Shown: positions 28,324-41,011 of the stretch, piece by piece
Layout: each line of letters starts with the position of its first letter
Position numbering within the stretch: position 1 is the stretch's first letter
DNA from: Terracidiphilus sp.
GTDB taxonomy: Bacteria > Acidobacteriota > Terriglobia > Terriglobales > Acidobacteriaceae
Direction: 5' to 3'
Length of the DNA stretch: 64,000 nucleotides
Assembly (NCBI GenBank): GCA_049522315.1
Contig: JBEKNY010000005.1
Location: 47,550 to 111,549 of the forward strand
Program-made: the position numbers and the translations under genes
The notes under the pieces: generated by a model
Database searches by the model: none
The model's input: only the letters and a program-made list of their open reading frames with translations
Told to the model about the DNA's origin: nothing

Positions 28324-29295
28324 TTATAGCGTCGCTACGGCCGTTGGCGCGGAATCCGCCGGCGGAATCGCGTCCAGCGGGAAGCCCAGTCGCTTCCACT
28401 CGTCGAAGCCGCCGCGCAGCGGGCGCACGCGATCGATGCCCAGCTTGTGCAGCTCCATGGCGGTTTTGGCTGCGGTGGCCTCGCTGGGGCAGGTGCAGTA
28501 GAGCACCACGTCGCGGTCGCGGGGAATCTCCTGGTGGCGCGCGGCCAGAGCCTCAGGCGAAAGATGCACGGCGCCGGGCAACGTGAACGGGTCGGGCACG
28601 AGTTCGAGCGGGTGGCGCAGGTCCACGATGAAAACCTCCTCGCCAGCCTCGAGCTGCCGCTTCAGTTCTTCCGGCTCCAGGCGCGAGGCGGCGAGCTTTT
28701 TCAGCACCACGCGGCGGCGATAAATGCGCGCCACGAGGAATCCCACGACTCCCAGAATGAGCAGTGCGCCGGAAAATCGGCCCGCCCAGTCGAGCAGGCT
28801 CGGATCACGCTTCAGCAGGTCGCCAAAACATCTGCCGCAGGCCAGCAGCACGCCCACCCAGAGCGACGAGCCGATGGCGTCGTAGAGCAGAAACGGGCCA
28901 AACTCCATGCCATTCTGCCCTGCCACCGGCGGCGCCAGCGTAGACAAGCCAGGTACGAACTTGGCAAACAGGAGCATCGTGCCGCGGCGCCGGCCAAACG
29001 AGTCCTGGGTGCGGCGGACGCAGGTGGTCGGCTCCAGCGAAAGTTTGCAGAGCAGGCGCAGCACGTGATGCCCGTGCCTGCGCCCGATAAGGAACCATAC
29101 GCTATCGGCGGTAAGCGCGGCAGCCACCCCAACCGCCAGCGCCAGGGGAAAACTGATCTGCCTCTCGGCTGAAAGCGCTCCGGCGGCCAGCAGCACCGGC
29201 GTAGCCGGTAGGGGAAGGCCAAGCTGCTCCATCAGGACCCAGGCAAAGAGCAGCAGGTAGCCGTACATCAACAGAATGTCGGTTGGCAGCGCCAT
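28324..29295 (-). CDS. DedA/VTT membrane protein fused to a rhodanese domain
   Basis: EQLGLPLPATPVLLAAGAL, FAKFVPG; C-terminal VVLYCTCPSE...LRGGFDEW. Confidence 0.92.
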   Translation of the reverse strand: MALPTDILLMYGYLLLFAWVLMEQLGLPLPATPVLLAAGALSAERQISFPLALAVGVAAALTADSVWFLIGRRHGHHVLRLLCKLSLEPTTCVRRTQDSFGRRRGTMLLFAKFVPGLSTLAPPVAGQNGMEFGPFLLYDAIGSSLWVGVLLACGRCFGDLLKRDPSLLDWAGRFSGALLILGVVGFLVARIYRRRVVLKKLAASRLEPEELKRQLEAGEEVFIVDLRHPLELVPDPFTLPGAVHLSPEALAARHQEIPRDRDVVLYCTCPSEATAAKTAMELHKLGIDRVRPLRGGFDEWKRLGFPLDAIPPADSAPTAVATL

Positions 29296-29435
29296 GGGAG
29301 GTCCTGTGTGCCGGCGTGGGAAATCAGGCCGCCTGGTTCAGGCTTTTACTTGGAAGAAAAGACGGCTTCATCTTATGGGATGAAGCTCGGTGAAATTCGT
29401 TGCAAAGGCGCGGAGAAAAATGCGGCCGGCGGGGG

Positions 29436-30389
29436 TCAGGTGGGCTTGGTCTGCGAAGAAACCACCTGCTCGATGGTCCAGTCGACCCAACTGCCCTGCT
29501 CTGCTGGGCAGGTCAGGAGGCCTGGGTCATTAGCCAGCACGGAATCGACGAAGTTCTCCACGATGGGATAGTGGAGATTCGCGTGCGGAGGCAGCATCTC
29601 CACGCGGCCGGCAACATGCAGCTCCGGCCCGTTCAGCGGGTCGAGGCCGATCTCGCCGTCCTCGCCGATAATGCGAAATTGGTCGCGCGCCACGCGCGAG
29701 TTCCAGCGCACATCCACAACGGCGTGCACGCCGCCGGCAAACTGCATCAACACGGTCGCGGAGTCCTCCACGGCGATACGATGCACGGCGTTCGACAGCA
29801 GGCCGCAGGCGCGCTCCGGCTTGCCGAAGAGAAAGTTCAATGCGTCGATGCGATGCGAGGCGATGTCGTAGAGCGGGCCGCCGCCAGACAGCGCCGGATC
29901 GCTGAGCCATTCGCGCCCCTCGATCTCAAGCCAACTGTGGCAATTGGCCTCCGCCAGCAGTGGGCGGCCAATGGCGCCCTCGGCGATGAGTTGCCGTGTA
30001 CGGATCAGTTTGGGATAGAGCCGGCGATAATACGAGACGCCGAACAGGCGCTCGGACGCGCGGCCCTCCGCGACCATGCGCTGCGCCTCGGCAAAGTTCA
30101 TTGCCATCGGCTTCTCGCAGAGCACGTGCTTGCCCGCGCGCAGCGCCGTAATCGCGGCATCCGCATGTAGCGCCACGGGTAGTGCGATGTAAACGGCATC
30201 GACTGCCGGATCGGCAACCGCCTGTTCGACTGTCGGCCACGTCCGCGTGCCAGGATACGCCGCGGCCTTGGCCGGATCGCGCGTGACAAAGCCGCATAGC
30301 ACGCTTCGTGGTTCGGCTTGAATGGCGGGAATCACTCGCTTTCGCGCGACGTCGCCGATTCCTGCGACAACCCAGTTGACAGTGTTCAT
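29436..30389 (-). CDS. Gfo/Idh/MocA-family oxidoreductase
   Basis: AGIGDVA, DAVYIALP, GKHVLCEKP, GGGPLYDIASH. Confidence 0.92.
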   Translation of the reverse strand: MNTVNWVVAGIGDVARKRVIPAIQAEPRSVLCGFVTRDPAKAAAYPGTRTWPTVEQAVADPAVDAVYIALPVALHADAAITALRAGKHVLCEKPMAMNFAEAQRMVAEGRASERLFGVSYYRRLYPKLIRTRQLIAEGAIGRPLLAEANCHSWLEIEGREWLSDPALSGGGPLYDIASHRIDALNFLFGKPERACGLLSNAVHRIAVEDSATVLMQFAGGVHAVVDVRWNSRVARDQFRIIGEDGEIGLDPLNGPELHVAGRVEMLPPHANLHYPIVENFVDSVLANDPGLLTCPAEQGSWVDWTIEQVVSSQTKPT

Positions 30390-30483
30390 GCTTCCGCCAG
30401 AATAAATTGCTTCCACTGCGTCGGCGCAAAAAAGCAGCCCGGAGGCGGCTTCCATGTGCTTTGAATGTGGGAGGGCTGCGGGG

Positions 30484-31944
30484 TTATTGCTCGGGGGCTA
30501 CTGGATCGTACGTAGGCGTCGATGGAGACACGGTACCTTGTGCAGGGACTCGAGCCGGCGACGATTGGGCTTCCTGGTTCTTTACCGCGAAATAGTCGTG
30601 GTCCCACAAATCCTGGTAGAACGCGCCCGTCAGCTCGGCGGCGCGGGGGCCGAAGGTGGCCCTGCCTCCCTCGAGGAAGAAGACGGTCACCAGTCCGCCC
30701 TGCGGCGACTCGGAATAGGAGGCGAACCAGCCGAAGCGTGTTCCGTCGTCGGAGCAGGTTCCGGTCTTGCCGAAGACCGGAAGCTCGCGGAAGTTGGCGC
30801 GCAGGCTGCGCGCGGTTCCGTACTCCACGGCGCCGGCCATCCCGTCCTCGAGGTCGGGAATAAACTTGGCGATATCGAGCGTGCGCTTGATCTTCGGCTG
30901 GAATGCGGCGGCTTCCTCCGGCGTGGTGGGATGCTGCAGATAGTAGAGTGTTCCGCCGTTGGCGATGGCCGCGACAAACGCGCCCAGCTGCAGCGGAGTG
31001 AGCGACACGCCCTGGCCGAAGCTGCACATGCGGCCCACGCCTCCCTCCGATTCGGGAACCGGCTGATCAGGATAGACGCCTAACTGCTCGCCGGGAATGT
31101 TGTAGCCGGCCAGCTCGCCCAGGCCGAACTGCGTGGCGTAGTGGCGCACGCGCTCGAAGCCAAGCTCCCGGCCCATCTCTTCAAAGTAGAGGTTGTTACT
31201 CTTGGCCAGCGCCTGGGTCATGTTCATGCGGAAGCCGGGGAGCCGAACCATGGTGTCGCTGGTCACCAGATTTTCTGAGAGTGCGGCCAACGCCACCGTG
31301 AGCTTGATCGTCGAGCAAGGTTCGGCGCCCGGCGAAAGCGCCAGCTTCTGGTTGACCATGGCAAGGATGCGGCCGTTCGCGGGATCGATCACCACGGCGG
31401 TGCCGTTCATGTCGCCCAGGGCTTCGATGGCGGCCTGCCGCACCACCGGATCCTCGCCGGCTGTTACATCGCCCGCGCCTATCTCGCCCTGGAGATACGA
31501 ACTGGCCGTGAACCGCTCGTAGTACCTATGGCGGCGGTGATAGGAGGTCCGTCGTACGTGCGCTTTCGACGTGGTTGCGGTGCGCCTCGGCGCGGTGGCT
31601 TTTGCCGTGACGCGCGCCGTGGACCCATGCGTGGACGCGGAACGCGCCGTAGAAGCACGATGCGGCGTGGTGTGCGCCGCGGATGTGCGGGAAACAGGCG
31701 TTTGCGTATTCGCAGTGGTGGATGCGGCTGTGTGTCGAGCGGCAGAGTGGGTCGCGGTTGCGGCAGCCATGTGCGCTGCGCCGCGATGCGCGACCGTACG
31801 ATGCGTTTCCGAGACGTGCGATGCCGGCTTCGATTTCGAATGATGCAGCGTGCTTTGCGGAGCGTCGAAAGCTCTCGCGCATGCGGCGCCGATGCCGAAA
31901 AGAATCAAAATCGAGCCAAGCGATGCAACGCGGGGCAGCTTCAT
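30484..31944 (-). CDS. Penicillin-binding transpeptidase-domain protein with a low-complexity N-terminal arm
   Basis: DPANGRILAMV, SxxK (CSTIK), SxN (KSNN) and KTG (GKTGT); H/A/T/S-rich stretch after the signal peptide. Confidence 0.88.
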   Translation of the reverse strand: MKLPRVASLGSILILFGIGAACARAFDAPQSTLHHSKSKPASHVSETHRTVAHRGAAHMAAATATHSAARHTAASTTANTQTPVSRTSAAHTTPHRASTARSASTHGSTARVTAKATAPRRTATTSKAHVRRTSYHRRHRYYERFTASSYLQGEIGAGDVTAGEDPVVRQAAIEALGDMNGTAVVIDPANGRILAMVNQKLALSPGAEPCSTIKLTVALAALSENLVTSDTMVRLPGFRMNMTQALAKSNNLYFEEMGRELGFERVRHYATQFGLGELAGYNIPGEQLGVYPDQPVPESEGGVGRMCSFGQGVSLTPLQLGAFVAAIANGGTLYYLQHPTTPEEAAAFQPKIKRTLDIAKFIPDLEDGMAGAVEYGTARSLRANFRELPVFGKTGTCSDDGTRFGWFASYSESPQGGLVTVFFLEGGRATFGPRAAELTGAFYQDLWDHDYFAVKNQEAQSSPARVPAQGTVSPSTPTYDPVAPEQ

Positions 31945-32283
31945 CCAGCCAACAACCTCTCTACATGAATTTCGCGCCACGCTTTCGCTCGTAAGCGGCG
32001 CACTTCGTACTATTCAACCGGTAACGCGCCCAGCTTTCTTTAGCTGCAGGTCCGGCGAAATTCTCTTACCGAACCCGCGCTATCCGACAACCCAACTGCG
32101 CGATCGACAACGGTTCCACCCGCCGGCCATTGCCCGCTTCCACAATAGCCTTGAGCCAGTATTTTCCCTCGCTCGGCGATCGCACCACATACAACTTTCG
32201 GGGCGTTCTGTTTACTATAACCCCTCAGCGCCCATTTTGGAACCGCTCCCGCCCAAGCCCAAGCCGGTGAACCAGATGGGAAT

Positions 32284-33774
32284 CTAAAACTTCAACCGGC
32301 GCAGAAACGTGGGCACATCCAGATCGCGCTCTGGTTGCTCATTGGGCTCGGTGTAGAGCGACGCCGACTGTTGCGTACCGGCCTCTACTGTTTCCATTAC
32401 GCCCTGCGGAGTCTCTGCGAAATCCGCGGCATAGTCCCTGGGCGGGGGCGCGGGCCGGGATCCCGTCTCTATCCCCTCGAATCGCGGCTCCGGCGCAGCG
32501 GCCACGCTCTCGCGTTTCGATCCAGACTCCCCCGCATGTTCCGCAGCCGCTTTCTCCTGCGGAGCGGCTACGGTTACTGTGGTCGCCACGCCCGGCGCAG
32601 CCGAGGCAAAAAAGAACCCGTTATCCGCGCTCTCCGTCGCTGCTTCCTCTTCCTCGCTTAGAAAGCGCGCCGGCGCAGAGACAGGCTCCGGTTCGCTTTC
32701 GCGCATCCAGTTGTTGGGCGCGACCACCGGCACTGAAACCACCGGCGTCTCCTCCACGTTCAGCATGCGCGCGCGCCGCTCCGGCATCTGGTCGCGGAAG
32801 CCGGTGGCGATCACGGTGATCTTCACCTCTTCATTCATCTTTTCGTCGAGCACGGCGCCGAAGATGATGTTTGCGTCTTCGTGCGCGGCCGATTGAATCA
32901 GCGATGATGCTTCATTCACCTCCGAGAGCTTCAGCGAAGTCGATCCGGTGATGTTGATGAGGATGCCGCGCGCCCCGTCGATGGCGCCCGCTTCGAGCAA
33001 AGGCGAAGCCATCGCCGCCTGCGCCGCTTCCACGGCGCGGTTGGCGCCCGAGCGCACCGCCGTGCCCATCACTGCGTGGCCCATTCCTGCCATGGTTGTC
33101 TTCACGTCGGCAAAGTCGCGATTGATGATGCCGGGGATGGTGATGATGTCGCTGATTCCCTGCACTCCCTGCCGCAGCACGTCGTCGGCGATGCGGAAGC
33201 TCTCGAAGAATCCCGCATCCTTGGCTACGACCAGCAGTTTTTCGTTGGGGATCACGATCATCGTGTCCACGCTCTCTACCAGCTCTTTCAGCCCGCGCTC
33301 GGCCTGCGTGAGGCGGCGCTTGCCCTCAAACGCAAACGGCCGCGTGACCACGGCCACGGTCAATATGCCCATCTCGCTGGCCAGCGAGGCGATCACCGGC
33401 GCGGCCCCGGTGCCCGTGCCGCCGCCCAGGCCTGCCGTCACAAACACCATGTCGGCGCCTTCAAGCGCTTCGATGATCTTCTCCGAGTCCTCCAGCGCGG
33501 CGCGGCGGCCTATGTCGGGATTCGAGCCCGCGCCCAGCCCCGAAGTGAGCCGGACTCCCAGTTGCAGCTTCACCGGCGCCTGCGAAAGCTTGAGCGCCTG
33601 CACATCGGTATTCGCGGCGATAAACTCCACGCCTTCCAGGTGCGCCTGGATCATGCGGTTCACGGCATTGCTGCCGCCGCCGCCCACGCCGATCACCTTG
33701 ATATGTGCGTCGCGCATTGTCTCTTCGTGGAATTGAATGCGCATCTCTCCGGCTTCATTCTTTGGCTGTTCCAT
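32284..33774 (-). CDS. ftsZ: Cell division protein FtsZ with a long acidic C-terminal linker
   Basis: [23 protein letters not shown] and the C-terminal core DVPTFLRR. Confidence 0.98.
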   Translation of the reverse strand: MEQPKNEAGEMRIQFHEETMRDAHIKVIGVGGGGSNAVNRMIQAHLEGVEFIAANTDVQALKLSQAPVKLQLGVRLTSGLGAGSNPDIGRRAALEDSEKIIEALEGADMVFVTAGLGGGTGTGAAPVIASLASEMGILTVAVVTRPFAFEGKRRLTQAERGLKELVESVDTMIVIPNEKLLVVAKDAGFFESFRIADDVLRQGVQGISDIITIPGIINRDFADVKTTMAGMGHAVMGTAVRSGANRAVEAAQAAMASPLLEAGAIDGARGILINITGSTSLKLSEVNEASSLIQSAAHEDANIIFGAVLDEKMNEEVKITVIATGFRDQMPERRARMLNVEETPVVSVPVVAPNNWMRESEPEPVSAPARFLSEEEEAATESADNGFFFASAAPGVATTVTVAAPQEKAAAEHAGESGSKRESVAAAPEPRFEGIETGSRPAPPPRDYAADFAETPQGVMETVEAGTQQSASLYTEPNEQPERDLDVPTFLRRLKF

Positions 33775-33877
33775 TGGGGCTCCGCTCTCCTCGTCTTGAA
33801 TCCGTTTTTCCAACGTTGTTCCCCTCGCTCCGCCACCGTTTTTCTGATCCCTGATCCCTGAAACCTGTTCCCTGTTT

Positions 33878-35098
33878 CTAAAAGCTCGCTGCAAACATGG
33901 CGCGTAACTTGTTGCGCAAACTGCTGTTGTTATCCTCGGCCGCGCGCGTCATTCTGGTTCGGTTCGCATAGAGAACCATGCCGATGGCCACGGCCCAGGC
34001 AGGGTGATTCAGTTCCTGCGGCATGTGCGACAGGCGCACAGGCAAACCCATGCGAGCCGGCGCGCGCAACTGGCTCTCAGCAACGTCGAGCATACCGGGT
34101 AACATGGCCCCGCCGCCGGTGAGCACGCAGCCCGCGCCCAGCGCATCCACCACCCCGCCATAGCGCAGGCTTTCTTTCACGTAGTACATCAGCTCGCGCG
34201 CCCGCGGCTCCAGGATCTCCGCCATGGTGCGCAGCGGCAGCGCGGCCGGCGCGCCCTGCGATGTGGTGATTTCGATCTCCGCCAATTGCGGAACCGCCGT
34301 CACCACCGCATTCCCATACTGCCGCTTCAGCTCTTCCGCCTGTGACACCGGCAATTGCAGTCCAATGGCGAGGTCGTTGGTGAAGTGCGCTCCGCCGATG
34401 GGAACCGACGCGGTATATGCAACCGCACCCTCGAAAAAGACCGCAAGATCGCTCGAGTGCGCGCCAATATCGAGCAGGCATACGCCCAACTCGCGTTCGT
34501 CGGCTGAGAGCGTGCACTCGGCTGCAGCCAGCGACTCCAGCACCGCTTCCGAAACCTCCAGCCCCGCGCGGTTGGCGCAAGTGACCGTACTTTGCAGCGC
34601 GCTGCCCGAGCACGTGGCGATGTGCAGCTCCACTTCCAGCCGCGCGCCCACCATCCCCACCGGATCGAAGATGCCCGGCTGCTCGTCGAGGATGAACTGC
34701 CGCGGCAGCAGGTGCAGAATCTCGCGGTCTGCGGGGATCTCGATGGCGCGCGCCCGGCCAATGGCGGCACGCACGTCCTCGCCGGTAATCTCGCGCATGC
34801 CGCGGCTCAACTGGAATCCGCCGTTGCTGTTCAGCCCGCGAATGTGCGGCCCGCCCACGCCCGCAACGCACCCATCGATATTGATGTGGGCCACTCGCTC
34901 GGCCTGCTCGTTGGCCGCGCGCACCGCCTTTGCCGCGGGCGCGAGCTCCCCCACGAGACCCTTGCGCATCCCGGCCGACGGCGCAGCGCCATGGCCGAGA
35001 TAGCGCAGCACTCCATCGTTCACATCGGCCGCCAGCACGCGTGTCCATGCACTGCCGATGTCGAGCACCACAATCGGGTTGTCCTGCCTCTGGCCCAT
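33878..35098 (-). CDS. ftsA: Cell division protein FtsA
   Basis: [34 protein letters not shown]; amphipathic C terminus. Confidence 0.97.
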   Translation of the reverse strand: MGQRQDNPIVVLDIGSAWTRVLAADVNDGVLRYLGHGAAPSAGMRKGLVGELAPAAKAVRAANEQAERVAHINIDGCVAGVGGPHIRGLNSNGGFQLSRGMREITGEDVRAAIGRARAIEIPADREILHLLPRQFILDEQPGIFDPVGMVGARLEVELHIATCSGSALQSTVTCANRAGLEVSEAVLESLAAAECTLSADERELGVCLLDIGAHSSDLAVFFEGAVAYTASVPIGGAHFTNDLAIGLQLPVSQAEELKRQYGNAVVTAVPQLAEIEITTSQGAPAALPLRTMAEILEPRARELMYYVKESLRYGGVVDALGAGCVLTGGGAMLPGMLDVAESQLRAPARMGLPVRLSHMPQELNHPAWAVAIGMVLYANRTRMTRAAEDNNSSLRNKLRAMFAASF

Positions 35099-35104
35099 TC
35101 TTTT

Positions 35105-36448
35105 TCACCCGCCCTGCGCGCCGGCAGCATCTTGAATTCTTAGGAAGCGGTCTTTACTTCTTAGCGTGTTGTCTGCGGCCGGACGGGATGTTGTGGCGGA
35201 GTTCCGCCGTGTTACGTTCTGCGCGGCCGCCCTTTTAGCGGGAGCCGTGTGCTTCTTGTCTTTAGCGGGCTTGTTCTTCCTGGCTGTGGGCGCACCGGAA
35301 CCGGAAGCACGCGCAGACGGCTTCGCCGCTCCATTCCCATGCGCGCTCGGAGCCGCTGCATTGCCGGCTGCCTGCGACGCCGCGCTTGGGCTTGCTGCGT
35401 CGCTCACTGACGGTTCCGAGGTCTCCTTCCCCGACGCCATCTCCAGCACCACCTGGTTGTCGTAGCGCAGATCCACTGCCGCCAGGTTTGGATATTGCTG
35501 GCGCCACTCCGCAATGTGCGCCTTGTATCGCTGGTAGCGCTCCAGGAAATGATCCTCGCCAAAATGCGCCAGAATGTCGGCGCCCTGCTCAGGCATCAGC
35601 ACGCGCGCATCTTCGGGATCGGTCAGGTCAATCTCCGAGACCTGCTCGGAGTTGTGCTTCCCATCGGCGTCCAGATCCGTCATAAGCCGCAGATACAACG
35701 CGACACGCGCCTGGCGGGAGCCCGCCGGGTCGCCGGGATCGATGCCCGTCAACACCGGAAACGAGTAGTGGCGCTTGGCCATCGTCGCCGGCGCCATGGA
35801 GAGCAAGACGCCGCTCGCGTCCACCAGTCCGATCTGCTGTCCGTGCCGCGTGAACGCCACCGGCTGCCTCTCGACAACTGCAACGCGAATCTGATCGGGC
35901 AGCAGGCGCGTCACCGTCGCCCGCTCGATCCAGGGGATCTGTTCGAGTTGTCTCCGTCTTTCGCTCAGTGAGACAAAAAAAACGTTGCGCCCGATGTCTT
36001 CGCCGAAGACGGGCAGCATCTCGGCGCGGCTCACTTCGGTGAGGCCGGTGGCCTGAATATTTTCGGTTCCCGCGATGCGGAAACGCGCATCGCGCTCCAG
36101 GTAGTGTTTGAGCGTCAGGCCGGCCGTCGTGAAGCCGCCGAGCACCAGGACTACGCCGGCGGTGAGGAACACGCGGCCAACGGTGCTCGCCGGCCGCCAC
36201 CAGGGCCGTTTAGGCTCGCCAAAGCGCCCCGCGGTGGAGCGCGGCACGCCATCATCGTCCGGATCGTCAAACTCCAGCGGCATGCCCGGGCTGCGCCTGC
36301 CCGCCGCTGCGGGGCGAAACTGCCCCGGCAGGGACGAATCTTCCCGCGTACGCCGCGCACGAATCTCCACGGGCGGTTCGTCTTCCCACAACAGGGGCCG
36401 GTTTGTGGTATTCCCTAGATTCGTCACGCCTGAGCAGGGTCGTGACAA
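35105..36448 (-). CDS. ftsQ: Cell division protein FtsQ/DivIB (start uncertain)
   Basis: Transmembrane helix, POTRA (LEQIPWIERATVTRLLPDQIRV), AVDLRY; upstream of ftsA. Confidence 0.92.
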   Translation of the reverse strand: MSRPCSGVTNLGNTTNRPLLWEDEPPVEIRARRTREDSSLPGQFRPAAAGRRSPGMPLEFDDPDDDGVPRSTAGRFGEPKRPWWRPASTVGRVFLTAGVVLVLGGFTTAGLTLKHYLERDARFRIAGTENIQATGLTEVSRAEMLPVFGEDIGRNVFFVSLSERRRQLEQIPWIERATVTRLLPDQIRVAVVERQPVAFTRHGQQIGLVDASGVLLSMAPATMAKRHYSFPVLTGIDPGDPAGSRQARVALYLRLMTDLDADGKHNSEQVSEIDLTDPEDARVLMPEQGADILAHFGEDHFLERYQRYKAHIAEWRQQYPNLAAVDLRYDNQVVLEMASGKETSEPSVSDAASPSAASQAAGNAAAPSAHGNGAAKPSARASGSGAPTARKNKPAKDKKHTAPAKRAAAQNVTRRNSATTSRPAADNTLRSKDRFLRIQDAAGAQGG

Positions 36449-36561
36449 TCGCCAGATTTCACTATAGCCCGCGCTGAGATGTGAGTTTTCAGTGAGATGG
36501 CCGGGGGTATCCGTGGGGTTACGGGGTAAACAAATAGATCACGGAGGCGAGGGCCCAGAGA

Positions 36562-37959
<1,398 letters not shown>

Positions 37960-38305
37960 GGAAGGTGAATCTCCACTGTAGCAGCGAAGAACAGCTTGTG
38001 GACGCTGGAAACGTCGTGGTGGTGTTCCGGAAGCCGCATTTCGGAGTCTCCGAAGCGACATTTTTTGCGCCGAAAGCAGACGTCATAAACCCGATTCGCA
38101 CGGAAAGTCGCGCAAATTTGTTTGCGCTTCGCTCCCGCAACCTTTTGATCCGCTGGTGTTTGCATTGGACAGAACCGGCCAGCCCCAAGGTGGTGGGCCA
38201 GCCGGGGTCCCCACGGACGGGTGGCTCGAAGAGCCGGGGTCCGTGGGGTGGGAGCCGGGGCGGACCAAAAGATGGCCCGCCTGGATTGGAGGGAATATGG
38301 GCAGC

Positions 38306-38614
38306 ATGAAGCAGTGGATGTTGGGAGCAGCTTTGACAGCCGGAGCTCTGGGCTTGAGCGCAATGCCCGCCCAGGCAGCTCGCGTAGGGATCTACGTCGG
38401 CGCGCCGGCAGCGTACATTCCCCCATGCCCCGGAGCGGGCTATGTGTGGGTGGCCGGCTACTGGAATAACGGCTACTGGATGCCCGGCTACTGGAACTTC
38501 GTGGGCGTCGGCCCCCGCGTCGTGGTTCGCGGCGGTTTTGGCTGGGGCCACGGACCGGTCGTTTCTCACCGCGACTTCGACCGTCATTTTGCCACTGAGC
38601 GTTTTCGCAGGTAG
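38306..38614 (+). CDS. Small secreted protein with a YXWGXW-like repeat
   Basis: Signal peptide; PPCPGAGYVWVAGYW...YWMPGYW. Confidence 0.8.
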   Translation: MKQWMLGAALTAGALGLSAMPAQAARVGIYVGAPAAYIPPCPGAGYVWVAGYWNNGYWMPGYWNFVGVGPRVVVRGGFGWGHGPVVSHRDFDRHFATERFRR

Positions 38615-38700
38615 TTTCGCCTTCTGCTGCCTGCACCATGCGGCCTCTCCAAACTGGAGGGGCCGCTTTTTGGGGCAGTTTCGCGATTTGAAACGTCTCT

Positions 38701-38818
38701 TATAGCGGGTCTCCTGCAGGTGTAGACCAAGGCACAATCGCTAAGTGGCTTTTTCATCAAGAAAAAGCCACCTTGAATTTTGTTAGAAATGGCTCATAGT
38801 TGCAGGAGAACCGCCGTA
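38701..38818 (+). mobile_element. MITE-like 118-bp element, copy 4
   Basis: TA-TAGCGGGTCTCCTGCA...TGCAGGAGAACCGCCG-TA. Confidence 0.8.
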
Positions 38819-39059
38819 GAGTGTGGCGTAACTCCCTTTGGGGTAATGGCCAAGGCAATGCAAGGAGGAAAGTTCTTGCTCTTTTGGGCGGGGTGACGGA
38901 TTCTTTCACCGGACCGCAACAAAAGGGCGAAAATGTTGTTTAAGGAATTGAAGGCCGGCCGCAAGAGGAAATGAGAGAGGCCGGGTGGTGCTGAGGCCGG
39001 AGGCGACTCCGGGTCCCAGTCCGGGCAAGGCAAGGATCGGGCAGCACAAGGAGGGTGTT

Positions 39060-39704
39060 ATGAAACAACTCCGTTTGGTTTTGCTGGCAATGCTTGTGGT
39101 TCTGCCGTTCGCCTTTGTATCGCAAGCGAACGCTCAGGTCGGGGTAGGAATCGGCGTAGGCCCCGCAGTGGTGGATCCCGGATATTACGGCGATTACGGC
39201 CCCCCGGATTGCGAATGGGGCTACTACTCGTATTACCCCTATGCCTGCGCCCCTTACGGCTACTACGGACCTGACTGGTTCTACAGCGGTGTCTTCATCG
39301 GCGCTGGGCCGTGGTACGGATGGGGCCGTCACGGCTGGGGCCGCGGCGGATATGGCTACGGCGGCCGCGGCAGATATGCCTACGGTGGACGCGGCGGATA
39401 CGGCTATGGTGGGCGTGGCGGATACGGCTACGGCGGCCGTGGCGCCTATGCCGGCCGCGGCTATGCCGGTGGTGCGCGCGGATACGCGGGCGGTACAGCA
39501 CGCGGATACACCGGTGGCGGAGCAGCGCGTGGATATAGCGGCAGCGCTCGCGGTGGATTCAGTGGCGGCGCGCGCGGCGGATTCAGCGGTGGTGGCGGCC
39601 ACGGCGGTGGCGGCGGTGGCGGCGGCTTCCATGGTGGAGGTGGTGGCGGAGGCGGCCACAGCGGTGGTGGAGGCGGCGGCCACGGCGGTGGCGGACACCG
39701 GTAA
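39060..39704 (+). CDS. Secreted Gly/Tyr/Arg-rich protein
   Basis: GGAGG RBS; signal; PPDCEWGYYSYYPYACAPYGYYGPDWF core; GGRG repeats and a poly-G tail. Confidence 0.85.
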   Translation: MKQLRLVLLAMLVVLPFAFVSQANAQVGVGIGVGPAVVDPGYYGDYGPPDCEWGYYSYYPYACAPYGYYGPDWFYSGVFIGAGPWYGWGRHGWGRGGYGYGGRGRYAYGGRGGYGYGGRGGYGYGGRGAYAGRGYAGGARGYAGGTARGYTGGGAARGYSGSARGGFSGGARGGFSGGGGHGGGGGGGGFHGGGGGGGGHSGGGGGGHGGGGHR

Positions 39705-39748
39705 TCCCGGCTTACGGCGGAAGCTTGAAATTCCGCTGATTGATGACA

Positions 39749-39784
39749 AAAGGCCCGCTTGCTTCGGCAGGCGGGCTTTTCTTT
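39749..39784 (+). terminator. Rho-independent terminator
   Basis: GCCCGCTTGC-TTCG-GCAGGCGGGC followed by TTTTCTTT. Confidence 0.85.
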
Positions 39785-39858
39785 GCGTCCCGCCTCAAGA
39801 CCTGTTCCGTCTATCGAACTACCACGTCTCGGCGTTCGGCGGTCCTTGCCCCTCGTCT

Positions 39859-40959
39859 CTATGTAGTCGGCACGAGGCTGGCAAACGCCATCTCCGCCAG
39901 CCGATCCGCTATCCTCTCTGCCGCGCCCGGATGCGCCTGCGTGCGCGCAGCAACGGCCATGGCGGCCAGCCGTGCGGGATCGTTCAGTAGATGGATGAGC
40001 GTTTCGAGCAGCATGCCGGGAATGTCGAGGTCCGTCTCCTCGAGCATCACGGCTGCCCCGGCTGAGACCATCGCCTCGGCGTTGCGGCGCTGGTGCTCGT
40101 CGGTTGCGGCGGCAAAGGGAACCAGCAGCGCGGGCTTGCCGGCCGCCGCTTCCTCAGCCACGGTCGAAGCTCCGCTGCGCGACAGCACCAGATTCGCCCG
40201 GCCGACGCGCGCCGCCATATCGTCGAGGAACGGCCGCACATCCCAGCGCGAGGGGTCCGCGCAACTCGCCGCATAGGCCGCTTCGGTCGCCTCGGTGTGG
40301 CGCGTTCCGCTCTGGTGCATGACCGTCAGCCCTGGAACCGCATCCAGCAGCGGCTTGATGATTTGCGGCAGATGGATGTTGAAGATCCGCGCGCCCTGCG
40401 ATCCTCCGAAGACCAGCAGGTGCGGAGCGCCAGTGGGTGGCTGCAGCGCGAAGAACTCCGGCCGCACCGGAACGCCCGTGATCTCGGCGTTGCGGAACCA
40501 TTTGGCCGCAGCAGGAAAGTTGATAGCCGCCGCCTGCACCCGCTTGCCTACCAGCCGGTTGGCCAGGCCGGGCATGGCGTTCGGCTCGAAGGCCATGGCG
40601 GGAATCCTGAGCCACAGCGCCGCAATCATCGCCGGACCGGACGCGTAACCTCCCACGCCCAGCACCGCGCACGGCCGGAACTCGCGCATCAGCCGCTTGC
40701 AATCGAAGACACTGCATGGCAGCCGCGAAAGAGTCCGCAGCCGGGTCATCAGCGAAACGCTTTTCAGCGGGCCCACGTCGATCAGCCGCAGCGGGAATCC
40801 CGCCTCCGGAACCAGCCGCGACTCCAACCCGCGCGCCGTGCCGACCAGCAGAACGTCAGCCCCGTGCCGCTCGACCAGCGCATGCGCCACGGCCAGCGCG
40901 GGAATGATGTGCCCGCCCGTTCCGCCGCCGGCGATGAGAATTCGTAGTTCAGAGTTCAC
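39859..40959 (-). CDS. murG: Undecaprenyl-PP-MurNAc-pentapeptide GlcNAc transferase
   Basis: AGGGTGGHIIP, GGYAS, GGSQGA, RSGASTVAE, HQRRNA. Confidence 0.98.
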   Translation of the reverse strand: MNSELRILIAGGGTGGHIIPALAVAHALVERHGADVLLVGTARGLESRLVPEAGFPLRLIDVGPLKSVSLMTRLRTLSRLPCSVFDCKRLMREFRPCAVLGVGGYASGPAMIAALWLRIPAMAFEPNAMPGLANRLVGKRVQAAAINFPAAAKWFRNAEITGVPVRPEFFALQPPTGAPHLLVFGGSQGARIFNIHLPQIIKPLLDAVPGLTVMHQSGTRHTEATEAAYAASCADPSRWDVRPFLDDMAARVGRANLVLSRSGASTVAEEAAAGKPALLVPFAAATDEHQRRNAEAMVSAGAAVMLEETDLDIPGMLLETLIHLLNDPARLAAMAVAARTQAHPGAAERIADRLAEMAFASLVPTT

Positions 40960-41011
40960 AGTTCGCAGCTTTCAGCGCCTTGGTCCCTCGGTCTCTTGGT
41001 CCCTGCTCTTC

